The position numbers were made by a program, and so were the translations under genes. Below the pieces are notes generated by a model. It did no database searches, was not told where the DNA came from, and saw nothing but the letters and a program-made list of their open reading frames with translations. This document shows, piece after piece, positions 46,383 to 57,100 of a stretch of 64,000 nt of DNA; within the stretch, counting starts at the first letter, position 1; the number at the start of each line of letters is the position of its first letter. Source of the stretch: an uncultured bacterium (GTDB lineage Bacteria > Verrucomicrobiota > Verrucomicrobiia > Verrucomicrobiales > DEV007); contig CAXBMO010000017.1 of the NCBI GenBank assembly GCA_963977015.1, forward strand, positions 64,001 to 128,000, in the 5' to 3' direction.

Positions 46383-48584
46383 ATCTACCATTCGAAATTA
46401 AATTGGCAAATTCTGATCCTCTCGATCGGAATTTTCCACGTTCAATGCGGCTCGTCATTTGCTCAAAACAATCAGGCAACCGTTAGCCTGCAGTTCTCAG
46501 ACGCGCCGATTCCCTTCATTCTGGGTGAGTATGAAAAGCTGACCAACCAGAAAATCATTCGGGATGCGGCGATCGATGGCGAGTTTTTGTCGATCGAAAC
46601 GAATGCGACGATGACCAAGGAAGAAGCGGCGGAATTCATCGAGAAAAGCCTGCTGCTGAATGGATACGTCCTGATTCCCAGTGGCCCGGACACGATGAAA
46701 ATCGTCACTGAGGAAAGAGTGCCCCGCAGCGAGGGCGTTCCGGTGATTCTCCACCCGTCCGATTTGCCCAAAGGTGACCAACTGGTGACCTACCTGATGA
46801 GCCTTTCCAACGTTCCCGCCGAACAGGTGCTTGAAGCCTTTCGCACGATTTCACCATCTCATGGATATGGCGAAATCACGGTGCTTCCAGACGGCGCATC
46901 GCTCGCGATCACCGACAATTCAGCAGTCATTCGGCGCTACATCGAGTTGCAGGGTTTTGTGGATGTTCCAACGGCCGAACAAGTGACCAAGTCCTTTCGG
47001 CTCGAGCGTTCTGACGCGTTGGAAGTCGTCGAGCAGTTGGAGAAGTTTCTCATCAAGGACGAGGATGAGCCCGCCCAGCCGTCCAACGGAGACGTTCCAA
47101 GACAAGCTGGCCAACGCGTTCTCGCGCCAACCGTCGCGGCAATTCCGCGCACCAACCGGGTTCTGGTTCAGGCTCATCCGACCCAAATGCTCTTTGTCGA
47201 GCGCCTTATCACGGAACTCGATGCGCCTTCCGACACCAGCAATCACATCACCTGTGCCCTGCGTTATCTTCCGGTGCTGGAGTTTCTCCCCATCGCACAG
47301 GATGCTCTGAACCGGGGCAAGGACGACGGCTCCAATGTGGACTTTGATGAATTCAGCCGAAACTCCAGCAACCGGCAGTCAACGTCTTCCCCCTTTTCGA
47401 CCATCAATCAGAATGGGCTCTCCGACGGTCCGCGCGAATCCCTCGGCGAACCTACGGACGTTGGCGGTCCCCGCTCGCTTGTGGTTGGCCATACCCTGTT
47501 GATCGGCGACCCAACGGCCAACGAGCTCTTCGCATCGGGTCCTCCGGAACAATTGGCGCTTCTCAGCCGCCTCATCGCTCACCTCGACAAAAAGCCCCGG
47601 CAGATTTTCCTCTCCACCGTCATTGGTCAGCTGACCTTGGGTGACAACCTGAATTTCGGTCTCGATGTCGTTCAGTCGATCGACGGATTCAATGTGGGTG
47701 GCGATTCGGTCTCGACTGCCGGCTCCTTTCGAACTCGAAATGCTGCAGCCCCAATTCTGGATCCGCTCGGGCTCGGCGCGGTTGCGGACTTTGCGGGAAA
47801 TTTCCCAACCGGCCTCACTGTTTACGGGCAAATCGGCGACCATATTTCCGTCATTCTCGACGCCCTCCAGCAGACCTCCAAGTTCACCGTGATGTCCCGG
47901 CCGTCCGTCTTTACGTTGAACAATGAGAAAGCCGTGATTCAGACGGGTCAACGAATCGCCGTTCCCGTCAACACGCTCTCCAGCCTGAATACGGGCACCG
48001 ACAACGCCGCCGTAGCCTCCAGCATTCAGTTTCAGGACGTCGTTCTTCGGCTCGAAGTCATTCCTTTGATCAACTCAGCCGACGAAGTCACCTTGCAGAT
48101 CTCCCAGGTCAACGATGACATCATCGGCAGCACGGTCGTCAGTGGCAACGAGATCCCAACGATCGGCACCCAGGAACTGCGCACCACGGTAATTGTGCCG
48201 AATAAGGCGACGATCCTGCTTGGTGGACTCATTTCCGAAGACACAACCGACGGACAAACCGGCCTGCCGTTTCTGACCCGGATTCCGGTGGTGAAACATC
48301 TTTCTGGAACCACCAACCGCTCTCTCAACCGGCAGGAACTGCTGATCTTCATCCAGCCTCAGATCGTCGGGAATGAAGAAGCTCTCGCCATCGCCAATGC
48401 CGACACGCTCGACCGAACTTCGCTTCGTCAGCAGGCCTTGGAATTCGCCTCGTCTCCCCAGACGCCGTTGATTGTTCCATCAACCAGGCCAGTTCCCCAA
48501 GGGATGGTTCGCCCGCAGGAAGCGCCCGCCACTCCCCAGAATTTCGGCCTTCGTGCACTTCTGAAGAAGAAAGAGAAACGGTAG
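46383..48584 (+). CDS. gspD: Type II secretion secretin; true start lies upstream of the ORF-track TTG at 46587
   Basis: Frame open from 46371 and encodes a signal peptide and N0 (VSLQFSDAPI..YEKLT); secretin core SRPSVFTLNNEKA, LLGGLI, GLPFLTRIP, ELLIFIQP. Confidence 0.9.
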   Translation: MYHSKLNWQILILSIGIFHVQCGSSFAQNNQATVSLQFSDAPIPFILGEYEKLTNQKIIRDAAIDGEFLSIETNATMTKEEAAEFIEKSLLLNGYVLIPSGPDTMKIVTEERVPRSEGVPVILHPSDLPKGDQLVTYLMSLSNVPAEQVLEAFRTISPSHGYGEITVLPDGASLAITDNSAVIRRYIELQGFVDVPTAEQVTKSFRLERSDALEVVEQLEKFLIKDEDEPAQPSNGDVPRQAGQRVLAPTVAAIPRTNRVLVQAHPTQMLFVERLITELDAPSDTSNHITCALRYLPVLEFLPIAQDALNRGKDDGSNVDFDEFSRNSSNRQSTSSPFSTINQNGLSDGPRESLGEPTDVGGPRSLVVGHTLLIGDPTANELFASGPPEQLALLSRLIAHLDKKPRQIFLSTVIGQLTLGDNLNFGLDVVQSIDGFNVGGDSVSTAGSFRTRNAAAPILDPLGLGAVADFAGNFPTGLTVYGQIGDHISVILDALQQTSKFTVMSRPSVFTLNNEKAVIQTGQRIAVPVNTLSSLNTGTDNAAVASSIQFQDVVLRLEVIPLINSADEVTLQISQVNDDIIGSTVVSGNEIPTIGTQELRTTVIVPNKATILLGGLISEDTTDGQTGLPFLTRIPVVKHLSGTTNRSLNRQELLIFIQPQIVGNEEALAIANADTLDRTSLRQQALEFASSPQTPLIVPSTRPVPQGMVRPQEAPATPQNFGLRALLKKKEKR

Positions 48585-48597
48585 GCGGCAACCGGAT

Positions 48598-48704
48598 AGA
48601 GCAGTTCCAATCGGGAGAGGCGCCGCATCTCAAGCTCACGCGAAGCCAATCTTCAAAAATGAGGACGAACTTGCGCGTCCCGACCTCACTTGAAACGCTC
48701 CCTA
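48598..48704. mobile_element. Partial second copy of the MITE-like element
   Basis: About 80% ungapped identity by hand count to 11401-11504; ends in AAACGCTCCCTAG. Confidence 0.75.
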
Positions 48705-49484
48705 GGCTTTTCCTGATTCAATCACCGCAAACGCGTTGTGATTGTGGATGGACTCAAAGTTTTCAGCCTCGATGCGATACCAAGTAATGTTATCCTGCTC
48801 GTTGGAACGTGCCGCCACATTGCGCACCAGATCTTCCACAAAGACCGGATTGTCGTAAGCGCGCTCAGTCACGGCTTTTTCGTCCGAGCGCTTCAGCAGG
48901 CTATAGAGTTCGCTGCTGGCGCATTGTTCCACCAATTGAATGAGATCCTCGATCCAGATCGGTTCGTTGAATCGCACGGAGTAGGTAACAATGCCGCGTT
49001 GATTGTGCGCTCCGCGTTCGCTGATCGCCTTGGAACAGGGGCAGAGTGTGGTCACCGGGACTTTGACGGTGAGCACAAAATCGATGTCTCCATTCTGGGA
49101 CTCCAACTCAAAAACGACCTCGTAATCGACCATCCCCTTGCGCTCCGTCACCGGCGCTTCCTTCGTCATGAAGTACGGAAACGCGAACTCAATGTGTGAT
49201 CGCTTTGCGTCGAGGCGCCCCAACAGCTCCTGGGGGATATTGCAGATGGTGTGAACGTTGAGCTCGGGGCCGTGCGAGTTCAAAACCTCCACAAATCGGC
49301 TCATGTGGGTTCCCTTGTACTCTTTGGGCAAATCGACCGCCAGGGAGACGGTGGCAACGGTGTGCTGTTCCCGGTTGGCCTTGTCGCTGACACAGACCGG
49401 AAATCTCAGGTTTTTCACACCAACGCGATCGATGGCAATATCTCGGTAGTCGGGCTCGTTCTGCGTGTCTTTCAATCCCTGCAT
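48702..49484 (-). CDS. folE2: GTP cyclohydrolase IB
   Basis: KGTHMSRF, VTTLCPCSK, GAHNQRG, LLKRSDEK, NPVFVED, ESIHNHNA. Confidence 0.96.
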   Translation of the reverse strand: MQGLKDTQNEPDYRDIAIDRVGVKNLRFPVCVSDKANREQHTVATVSLAVDLPKEYKGTHMSRFVEVLNSHGPELNVHTICNIPQELLGRLDAKRSHIEFAFPYFMTKEAPVTERKGMVDYEVVFELESQNGDIDFVLTVKVPVTTLCPCSKAISERGAHNQRGIVTYSVRFNEPIWIEDLIQLVEQCASSELYSLLKRSDEKAVTERAYDNPVFVEDLVRNVAARSNEQDNITWYRIEAENFESIHNHNAFAVIESGKA

Positions 49485-49529
49485 GATGATGGGAGCATTG
49501 TGGTTTCGGAACTCTACGTGCCCTGAAAA

Positions 49530-49564
49530 GAAAAGAGACGACAGAATTCACTGTCGTCTTCTCA
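49530..49564 (-). terminator. Hairpin downstream of rpsR, likely a terminator
   Basis: AGACGACAG-AATTCA-CTGTCGTCT, followed on the minus strand by CTTTTCTTTT. Confidence 0.6.
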
Positions 49565-49595
49565 TCTCAAAGGCTGTGACGAATCAACGGAGCGA

Positions 49596-49835
49596 TTACG
49601 CCATCAAATTCAGCGAACGCGCAATCTTGATCTCTTTGGTGATCCGGCGATGCAGTTTCGCGGAAACTCCCGTAATGCGTCGTGGATAAATTTTCCCGGT
49701 TTCAGTGACAAATTTCCCCAGAAATTCGGGATGCTTGTAACTGAGCTTTTCTGCAGGAATATCCAAACGCCGACGCGGCATTTTTTTGTTGTTGCGTCGC
49801 AGGTTGGCAAGTCGTTGGCGTGTCTTAGGGACCAT
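49596..49835 (-). CDS. rpsR: 30S ribosomal protein S18 (Cys-free form)
   Basis: [20 protein letters not shown]...IKIAR; no Cys. Confidence 0.93.
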   Translation of the reverse strand: MVPKTRQRLANLRRNNKKMPRRRLDIPAEKLSYKHPEFLGKFVTETGKIYPRRITGVSAKLHRRITKEIKIARSLNLMA

Positions 49836-49872
49836 AATAAAGGCGTCTAAAAGTTGGCGAAGATCCTCTGAT

Positions 49873-50046
49873 TTACTTCATTTCCCGATGAAGCGTCCGC
49901 CGATTCAAATGCGGATTAAACTTCACCTTTTCCAGTCTTCCTGGAGTCAGAAGGCTTTTCTTATTGCGACGGGTTACATAGCGTGAAGGCTGCTTGCCTT
50001 CCGCCTTTGCTTCCGTGCATTCTAAAATGATGATCTCACGTGCCAT
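49873..50046 (-). CDS. rpmG: 50S ribosomal protein L33 (57 aa, absent from the ORF track)
   Basis: Hand translation: [57 protein letters not shown]. Confidence 0.93.
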   Translation of the reverse strand: MAREIIILECTEAKAEGKQPSRYVTRRNKKSLLTPGRLEKVKFNPHLNRRTLHREMK

Positions 50047-50069
50047 GGGGCGCGTAGATTAGATGAAAA

Positions 50070-50708
50070 TTAGTCGCTGTCAACACCTTCGTTTCCGCCT
50101 TCCATCAGGCCGAACAGAGAACGTGTCGGTCCACGACCATATCCGCGTCCAATTCCGCCGTTCTGCTTCTCCCACTGTTCCTGGCAGGTGACCGTCAATC
50201 TGGCGAATGGAACCGCCTCCAAACGAGCTTCAGGAATCGTATCTCCGGACATCTCACAGATGCCGTAGGTGCCGGATTCGAGGCGCTTGAGAGCTTCGTC
50301 GATCTCGTAGAGCGCATCCTGTTCCTGAGACAGCAGATTGAGGGCAAAATCACGGTCATAGGCATCGCTGCCCGCATCGGCCTGATGCATCCCGAACGCG
50401 GAGGCATCACTTCCTTCCGATCGGGAGCGCAAATTGTCCTGAGCGACCCCGGCCATGGCATCCACCATGTGATCGCGGAGCTCGAGCAATTTCTTTTGCT
50501 GCGATTTTTGGAAAGCGGTCAGTTTGGCCGGCTTCTTTTTCGCCGCTGGCGCCTTCTTCTTTGGAGGAGCCGGCTCCTCAGATTTTTCCGGCGCCTTCGC
50601 CTTTGCCGCAGTCACTTTTTTGGCGGCGGTTTTCTTGGTTGCCGCCTTTTTGGTTCCTGAAGCGGCTTTTTTGGCCGTTGTTTTTTTACTCGCAGCTTTC
50701 TTGGCCAT
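50070..50708 (-). CDS. DksA/TraR-family regulator with a Lys/Ala-rich N-terminal tail
   Basis: HQADAGSD coil tip; IDEALKRL..GTYGICEMSG..IPEARLEAVPFARLTVTC. Confidence 0.9.
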   Translation of the reverse strand: MAKKAASKKTTAKKAASGTKKAATKKTAAKKVTAAKAKAPEKSEEPAPPKKKAPAAKKKPAKLTAFQKSQQKKLLELRDHMVDAMAGVAQDNLRSRSEGSDASAFGMHQADAGSDAYDRDFALNLLSQEQDALYEIDEALKRLESGTYGICEMSGDTIPEARLEAVPFARLTVTCQEQWEKQNGGIGRGYGRGPTRSLFGLMEGGNEGVDSD

Positions 50709-50880
50709 GAGGGTTTTGTCTTTTTGGTGTTGTTGGGGGATTTAGAATTGCCCGAATTTCTGTCCGGTCAAAAGCCGGTCTAAGTAGGGCCTAAATTTTA
50801 GGTTAGCAAGAGCAAAACCCTCGATTTCGGGAATTTTGGAATCACAAATTTTAAAATTTGCCTACTTTGTTCCATCGCGC

Positions 50881-52683
50881 TCATCCACCGGGTTGAAGGG
50901 GCCAAAATACCGGGATCAAAAGCGAAGCGGTAATCCAAAGTATCACCGCCAATGGTGCTCCCGTACGGGCAAAATCGCTGAACTTATAGCCACCCGCTCC
51001 GTAAACATAGGTGTTTGTCTGGTAACCGATTGGGGTCGAAAAACTGGCGCTTGAGCCGAACATGACCGCAATAACGAACGGGCGGGGATCAAAGCCCATT
51101 TGCAGACTGATAACGACCGCAAGGGGCGTAAGAAGCGTCGCAACCGCGTTGTTGCTGATCATTTCCGTCAACACGGCGGCCAACAGATACACCACCGCAA
51201 TGAGGACCACGCCCGAACTCTCTCCGAAAAACCGGGTGGTTGCGGTGGCAATCTCATTGGCAAGCCCGGTCACCTTGAGAGCTTCACCAAGCCCCAACAT
51301 CCCAAAAATCATGAAGATGACTTTCCAGTCGATGGCGCTGTAGGCCTCCTTGGCATCGATCGCCCCACTGACGAGCACCAGAAACACTCCGGCGAGGGCA
51401 AAGGCAATGATCGGGGTGTCCAGTTGCCTTGCAAACGCTCCAAAAACCATGAATCCCAAAATCGCCGCCAAGGCAAACGGCGCCTTGGTTCGGCGGAGCG
51501 AAGCGTGCTTTGGCTCACTCAGGTTCACAAAATCCTTTTGATCAAAGAGTTGCGCCATTTTTCCCGCCGGTCCCTGAACGAGAAGCGTATCGCCAAACTC
51601 CAGATTCACCTTTTCAAATCGTTCCCTCAAATTCATCCCCCGGCGGTGCACGGCAAGAATGATCACGCCAAAACGCTGACGAAAATTCAGCTCCCGCAAG
51701 CTGTGCCCCACCAGCTCCGAGTCGGGACCAATGATGCCCTCCATGAGGACGGCCGATTCGGTTGAAATCTCTTCCAGACCAAAGACCAATCCCAGCTGTT
51801 CCTCAGAAATCTCAACCATGCTGGCGACTCGACTCTTGAACACCACAATATCTCCCTCTTCCACCTCCAGCTTGTTCAAGGGCGTCTCGACACGCCGGTC
51901 ACCTCGGCGCACTTCGATAATCCGAATGTTCCGAATCTTGGAAAGCGGCGTTTCGGTCACGATTTTGCCGATCAACTTCGAATCAGGCGTAATGCGAGCC
52001 TGGGTGAGGAACTCGCGAGTCTGGGCGCTTTCGAACAAGGTGGAGAGCGTTACGCGATCCGGCAACAAACGGCGCCCGATCGTGACCAGGTAAAGGCTGG
52101 TAATGGCGACAAAGACGACTCCAAGCTTTGCCGTTTCGAACATGGTGAAGGGTTCGAGCCCTTCGGTGGAAGCAATATCCGCCGCCAAAAGGTTGGTCGA
52201 CGTCCCGATCAGGGTGCAGGTTCCGCCAGCGATCGAGATATAGGAAAGCGGGATGAGGAACCGCGAAGCCTTGAGGTCCAACCGGCGGCAAAGCTGCAGC
52301 AGGATCGGCATGAAAACGACCACCACCGGAGTGTTGTTCACAAAGGCGGAGAGAGGCGCGACGATCAGCGCCAGAACCATCAGAATGCGAATCTCGCCTT
52401 TTCCGGCAATTCGCCCAAACCAGTTTCCCATGGCCTCAATCAGCCCGGTCCGTTCCAGGGATGCGCTGAGAATGAACATGCAGGCAACCACGATGGGCGC
52501 GGATCTCCCAAACACGTTGGCCAGGGAGCTATCGTCGAGAACTCCGGTCAGGAGGCAGAGCGTCAAGGCTCCCATCGCCACATAGTCAGGCCGTATCCAC
52601 TCTCGCAAAAACGCGAGGAAGACCAGCACGACTAGGGTGGCTACAAAGCATTGCTGCCACAAAATGGGTTCAACATCTGACAT
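50881..52683 (-). CDS. SLC13-family anion permease with two TrkA-C domains
   Basis: SAFVNNT, GGTCTLIGTSTNL, two RCK_C repeats, EMISNNA, TPIGYQTN, GGYKFSDF. Confidence 0.93.
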   Translation of the reverse strand: MSDVEPILWQQCFVATLVVLVFLAFLREWIRPDYVAMGALTLCLLTGVLDDSSLANVFGRSAPIVVACMFILSASLERTGLIEAMGNWFGRIAGKGEIRILMVLALIVAPLSAFVNNTPVVVVFMPILLQLCRRLDLKASRFLIPLSYISIAGGTCTLIGTSTNLLAADIASTEGLEPFTMFETAKLGVVFVAITSLYLVTIGRRLLPDRVTLSTLFESAQTREFLTQARITPDSKLIGKIVTETPLSKIRNIRIIEVRRGDRRVETPLNKLEVEEGDIVVFKSRVASMVEISEEQLGLVFGLEEISTESAVLMEGIIGPDSELVGHSLRELNFRQRFGVIILAVHRRGMNLRERFEKVNLEFGDTLLVQGPAGKMAQLFDQKDFVNLSEPKHASLRRTKAPFALAAILGFMVFGAFARQLDTPIIAFALAGVFLVLVSGAIDAKEAYSAIDWKVIFMIFGMLGLGEALKVTGLANEIATATTRFFGESSGVVLIAVVYLLAAVLTEMISNNAVATLLTPLAVVISLQMGFDPRPFVIAVMFGSSASFSTPIGYQTNTYVYGAGGYKFSDFARTGAPLAVILWITASLLIPVFWPLQPGG

Positions 52684-52789
52684 AAGATCACACCACCTGA
52701 GGAGGCCCGACTGTGGCGCGTTTCAGGCAACCGTCAACCCAAGCGCCGCGATCCGACCGATACCTGTCTCGACTTCAGGCGTTGGACGA

Positions 52790-53521
52790 CTAGCGTCGAC
52801 GCAACTTGGCCAGAAGCCGAAGAATCTCGATGTAGAGCCAGATCAACGTCACCAAAACGGCAAAGCCACCATACCACTCCATGTATTTCGGAGCACCTTG
52901 AGCCGACCCGACTTCAATCAGTTCATAGTCGATAATAAGATTCAACGCCGCAATCACGACAACAAAAATGCTGAAACCTATCCCGAACGCTCCACTTCCG
53001 TGAATGTAGGGGATGTTCACGCCGAAAAACCCGAGAACAAAGGTCACCAAATAAATCAGCATGATGCCTCCGGTGGCCGAAAGGACGACGGCCTTGAATT
53101 TTTGCGTCGGGACGATGATTCGCATTCCGTAAAGCGCGAGCATGAGCAAGGCCACGCCAAGTGTCAGCGTAATGGCCTGCACCACAATCCCATCAAACTG
53201 AGCATTGTAGATTGCGGAAAGCACGCCAAGGAACAGTCCTTCCACGATGGCGTAAATCGGAGCCGTGATCGGACTCCATTCCTTCTTAAAAACGGTCACG
53301 ACAGCCAAAATCAATCCGGCAATCAGCCCACCCCAAAAAAACGGCATGGCGGCGGGATTCCCCTCCCCTGTCATTCGCCACGTAAAACTCGCCGATACGA
53401 TGACGATGAGCAGCAGAAAGGCAGTCTTGGCCATTGCCCCTCCCAACGTCATGACACCTCCCGAAACCTGAGGCAATTCGTCATACGTTTCCGGCTTTAA
53501 TACAGGGCTTCCTCCAGTCAT
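52790..53521 (-). CDS. Bax inhibitor-1/YccA-like membrane protein
   Basis: Seven TMs; PIYAIVEGLFLG, GAPKYMEWY, TLIWLYIEILRLL. Confidence 0.9.
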   Translation of the reverse strand: MTGGSPVLKPETYDELPQVSGGVMTLGGAMAKTAFLLLIVIVSASFTWRMTGEGNPAAMPFFWGGLIAGLILAVVTVFKKEWSPITAPIYAIVEGLFLGVLSAIYNAQFDGIVVQAITLTLGVALLMLALYGMRIIVPTQKFKAVVLSATGGIMLIYLVTFVLGFFGVNIPYIHGSGAFGIGFSIFVVVIAALNLIIDYELIEVGSAQGAPKYMEWYGGFAVLVTLIWLYIEILRLLAKLRRR

Positions 53522-53732
53522 TCTGTTGGCCTAACATACGGGCCTTGGAATTCAAGCTGAAAGACCGGTCATGCCCCCTTATTTGTCAGGCAAATGGCCC
53601 TCGATCATAATTCGGTAATTTTGTGCAATCATTCCGTGACTCGATGTCTATTGGAAAATCCTGGCGGATATCCAATTGAGTTGACGAATCCTCACGAGTT
53701 GACTAAGAACTAAAGACTAACACCTCCTAATT

Positions 53733-53984
53733 ATGAACAAGACCTATCTAACTCTTTGTGCCGGCGTTCTCCTTTCCGCGTTTGCTCTCTCTTCCTGCGA
53801 ATCTCCGCAGACGACCCGGGAAGGCGCGAAAAAGGGTGCCATTTATGGTGGCGCAGCTGGACTTCTGAAAGGCGCAGTGGACGGCAAAGAAGGAAACGTC
53901 CTCAAATCGGGCGCGATTGGAGCTGGTATCGGCGCCGGAACGGGTGCTGCAATCGGTAATCGCAACGAGAAGCGCGGTTACTAG
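53733..53984 (+). CDS. Small glycine-zipper lipoprotein
   Basis: Lipobox LSSC; GAIYGGAAG and GAIGAGIGAGTGAAIG. Confidence 0.85.
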   Translation: MNKTYLTLCAGVLLSAFALSSCESPQTTREGAKKGAIYGGAAGLLKGAVDGKEGNVLKSGAIGAGIGAGTGAAIGNRNEKRGY

Positions 53985-54019
53985 GTTTCTGCACCTCAAC
54001 CTTACAGCTATTTTTTCAG

Positions 54020-54051
54020 AGAAGCCGACGGAGTCCGTCGGCTTCTTTTTT
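54020..54051 (+). terminator. Rho-independent terminator
   Basis: AGAAGCCGACGG-AGT-CCGTCGGCTTCT followed by a T run. Confidence 0.85.
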
Positions 54052-54139
54052 GGGGAGAATTTCACAAAGTATTCGCGACGGCGTCATTGAAATCAACGTT
54101 GATGCGTCCCAGTATCGTAAGCCTTATCTCCCCCTGACT

Positions 54140-57100
54140 ATGAGTTCTACCCCTGAAACGAAAGAGGAACTTGTGCACGACTTTGTCGCTCGCGCGGCAT
54201 CCGAATGCGGCTCGGTTTCTCCAGCCATTGCCGGAACGTTTGCCCAACGGTTCTTCCAGTTCGTCCCCTATTCCGATTCGGCAACTGGCCAAAACGGCTC
54301 CCTGGTGGACTCAGCCATTGCGGTATTGAACGAATATGCCGCCTATCGAGGCGATACCGCACAAATTTCCGTCCTGAAAAAGTCGGGAAAGCAAGGTGAA
54401 TCCAGCCTGATCGTCGTCGTTCAACCGGATGTCCCGTTTCTGGTCGACTCCATCCGGATGGAGCTCAATCGGCGAGATCTGCCGGTTCGCTCCATTCTCA
54501 GCGTGATCCTGAATGCCGAGCGCGCTCCGGATGGAAGCCTGCTGGATCTCAAGGCCAACAGCAATGACGCCAATCATTGCGAGTCTGCCATCTGCGTGGA
54601 AACATCGGCGCTTGTCGATCCCGAGGAGATTGCAGATTTGAAGGCCGGACTGGATTCCGTCCTGCAGGATCTGCAGCTGGCGGTGACTGACTTTCCCACG
54701 ATGCGGGAACGTGCCCTTGCCGAAGCCGCAAATTTGAAACAAACCAGTTTCGGTCAGAATTCCGCCGAGATCGCCGAGGCCGAGGAGTTTCTCCGCTGGT
54801 TGGCTGACGATCACTTCGTGTTTCTCGGCTACGATGAACACCAGATTCTCGAAGAAGACGGTCACCGCGTTTTGCAGCCTTCACCGGACTCCGCGCTGGG
54901 AACCATGAAGCGCCACCGGAAACTTCGGCACTGGGTTTTGGATGCGCTCTCCGTTGAAGCCCGAAATTTTATCGAGACGCCGAGAATCCTCAATTTCGTG
55001 AACTCGACCCACCGGTCCCGCATTCATCGCCCGGTTTATCCCGACTACATCACGGTCAAACGATTCGACGAATCCGGTGAAATCGTCAGTGCCTGCCGAT
55101 TTCTCGGGTTGTTCACCTCTTCGGTTTACAACGAATTGCCGAGCGAAATCCCAGTCATCCGCCGCAAGGTGGCCAATGTTCTGGATAAATCCACCTTTGC
55201 GCTGGGGGGGCACTATCAAAAAGCGCTGGTGGGCGTGCTCAATGCCTATCCGCGGGATGCCATGTTTCAGGCGAGCGAGAACGAAATTTTCGAGACGGCG
55301 ATGGGAATCGTCCAGGTTCAGGAAACTCCACGCGTTCGGTTGTTTCTTCGGCGCAATCCCTATGGGCGCTTCTTCTACTGCAAAGTATTCGTCCCCAAGA
55401 GCGTCTACCACAGCGAGTTGCGGCAGAAAATCGAACGCCACCTATGCAAGCGGCTGCGCGCTGACGATGTGGAGTTGAGCATGCACATGGGCGAAGGCGA
55501 ATTGGTGCGTTTGCGCTTCGTGCTGCGAGTTCCCAGCGTCGAACAGTTCGACGTGGATGTGCGCGAGTTGGAGCAGGAAGTGGTGACGATCGCCCAGTCG
55601 TGGGACGATGCCTTTCTCGCAACCCTCCGTTCCCAATATGACAGCTCTACGGCGGATTCGCGGTTTCGGACCTATCACCAAGCTTTTCCGGCCAGCTATC
55701 GGGAACACTTTTCGCCTCAAATTGCGCTCCGCGATTTGGAATCCATTGCCCAACTCGACCAAGGCTCCGAGCTCGCCCTCACCCTGGAAACTCACCCCGA
55801 AAACGAGAACCACCTCAGTTTTCGCCTCTTTCAGAAAGGCACACCAGTCCCCCTTTCCGACGTGCTCCCGATTCTTGAAAACATGGGGTTGCGGGCCAAT
55901 AGCGAACACCCCTATCACATTCGGCGGGCCGAAGGGACCGAGATCTGGATCCACGATTTTCACCTGATTCCCAGCCTGGCCGTGAAACTGGAAACCACCA
56001 AAGTGGCGGAACTGTTTCGCGATGCATTTGTCAACACCTGGCGCGGTTTGGCCGAGAACGACGGATTCAACGCGCTCATCCTGGGAGCCTGTGTTTCCTG
56101 GCGAGAGGTCGCCATGTTGCGAGCCTATGCCCGTTACAACCACCAAGCCAAGTTTGGTTTTGGCACGGTTTTTACGTCCGAAACCCTCGCCAGACACATC
56201 AACGTCTCCTGCCTGCTGGCTGATTTCTTCGAAGCGCGTTTCAACCCCGACTTCAAGGGTCGCAAAAAAGCGCAAACCCTGATTGAGGGCCGCATTCTGG
56301 AGTCGCTCGATCAAGTCCCGAGCCTGAACGAGGACCGCGTCTTGAGGCGTTTTCTCGAAATGATGCAGGCGACGATTCGCACCAACTTTTACCAGTTGAC
56401 GGAAGACGGCTCCCCCAAGGACTACCTTTCGTTCAAACTCGACCCTTCGCGCGTTCCGGGCCTTCCATTTCCCCGTCCGGCCTACGAAATCTTCGTCTAC
56501 TCACCCCGCTTCGAGGGAATTCACCTTCGCGGTGGCAAAATCGCCCGTGGCGGGCTCCGCTGGTCGGATCGCCCCGAAGATTTCCGAACCGAAGTGCTCG
56601 GGTTGGTCAAAGCCCAACAGGTCAAGAACGCAGTCATCGTTCCCGTGGGCGCCAAGGGCGGGTTCGTCGCCCATCAGTTGCCAACCCACGATCGCGGCGC
56701 CATGATGGAGGAAGGGAAAGCCTGCTACCGCAACTTTCTTCGCGGCCTGCTCGACCTCACCGACAACCTGGCGCCCGACGGCAGCATTGTTCCACCGGCC
56801 AGGGTCGAACGCCATGACCCGGACGATCCCTATCTGGTCGTCGCCGCCGACAAAGGCACCGCCACGTTTTCCGACATCGGCAATTCCATCTCGGAGGAAT
56901 ACGGATTCTGGCTGGGCGACGCCTTTGCTTCCGGGGGCAGCGAGGGCTACGACCACAAAAAGATGGGCATCACCGCCAAAGGAGCCTGGGTGTCGGTCCA
57001 GCGTCACTTCTGCGAACTGGGAATCGACGTTCAGCGTGAACCCATCACCGTCGTGGGAATTGGCGATATGGCAGGCGATGTGTTTGGAAACGGCATGCTC

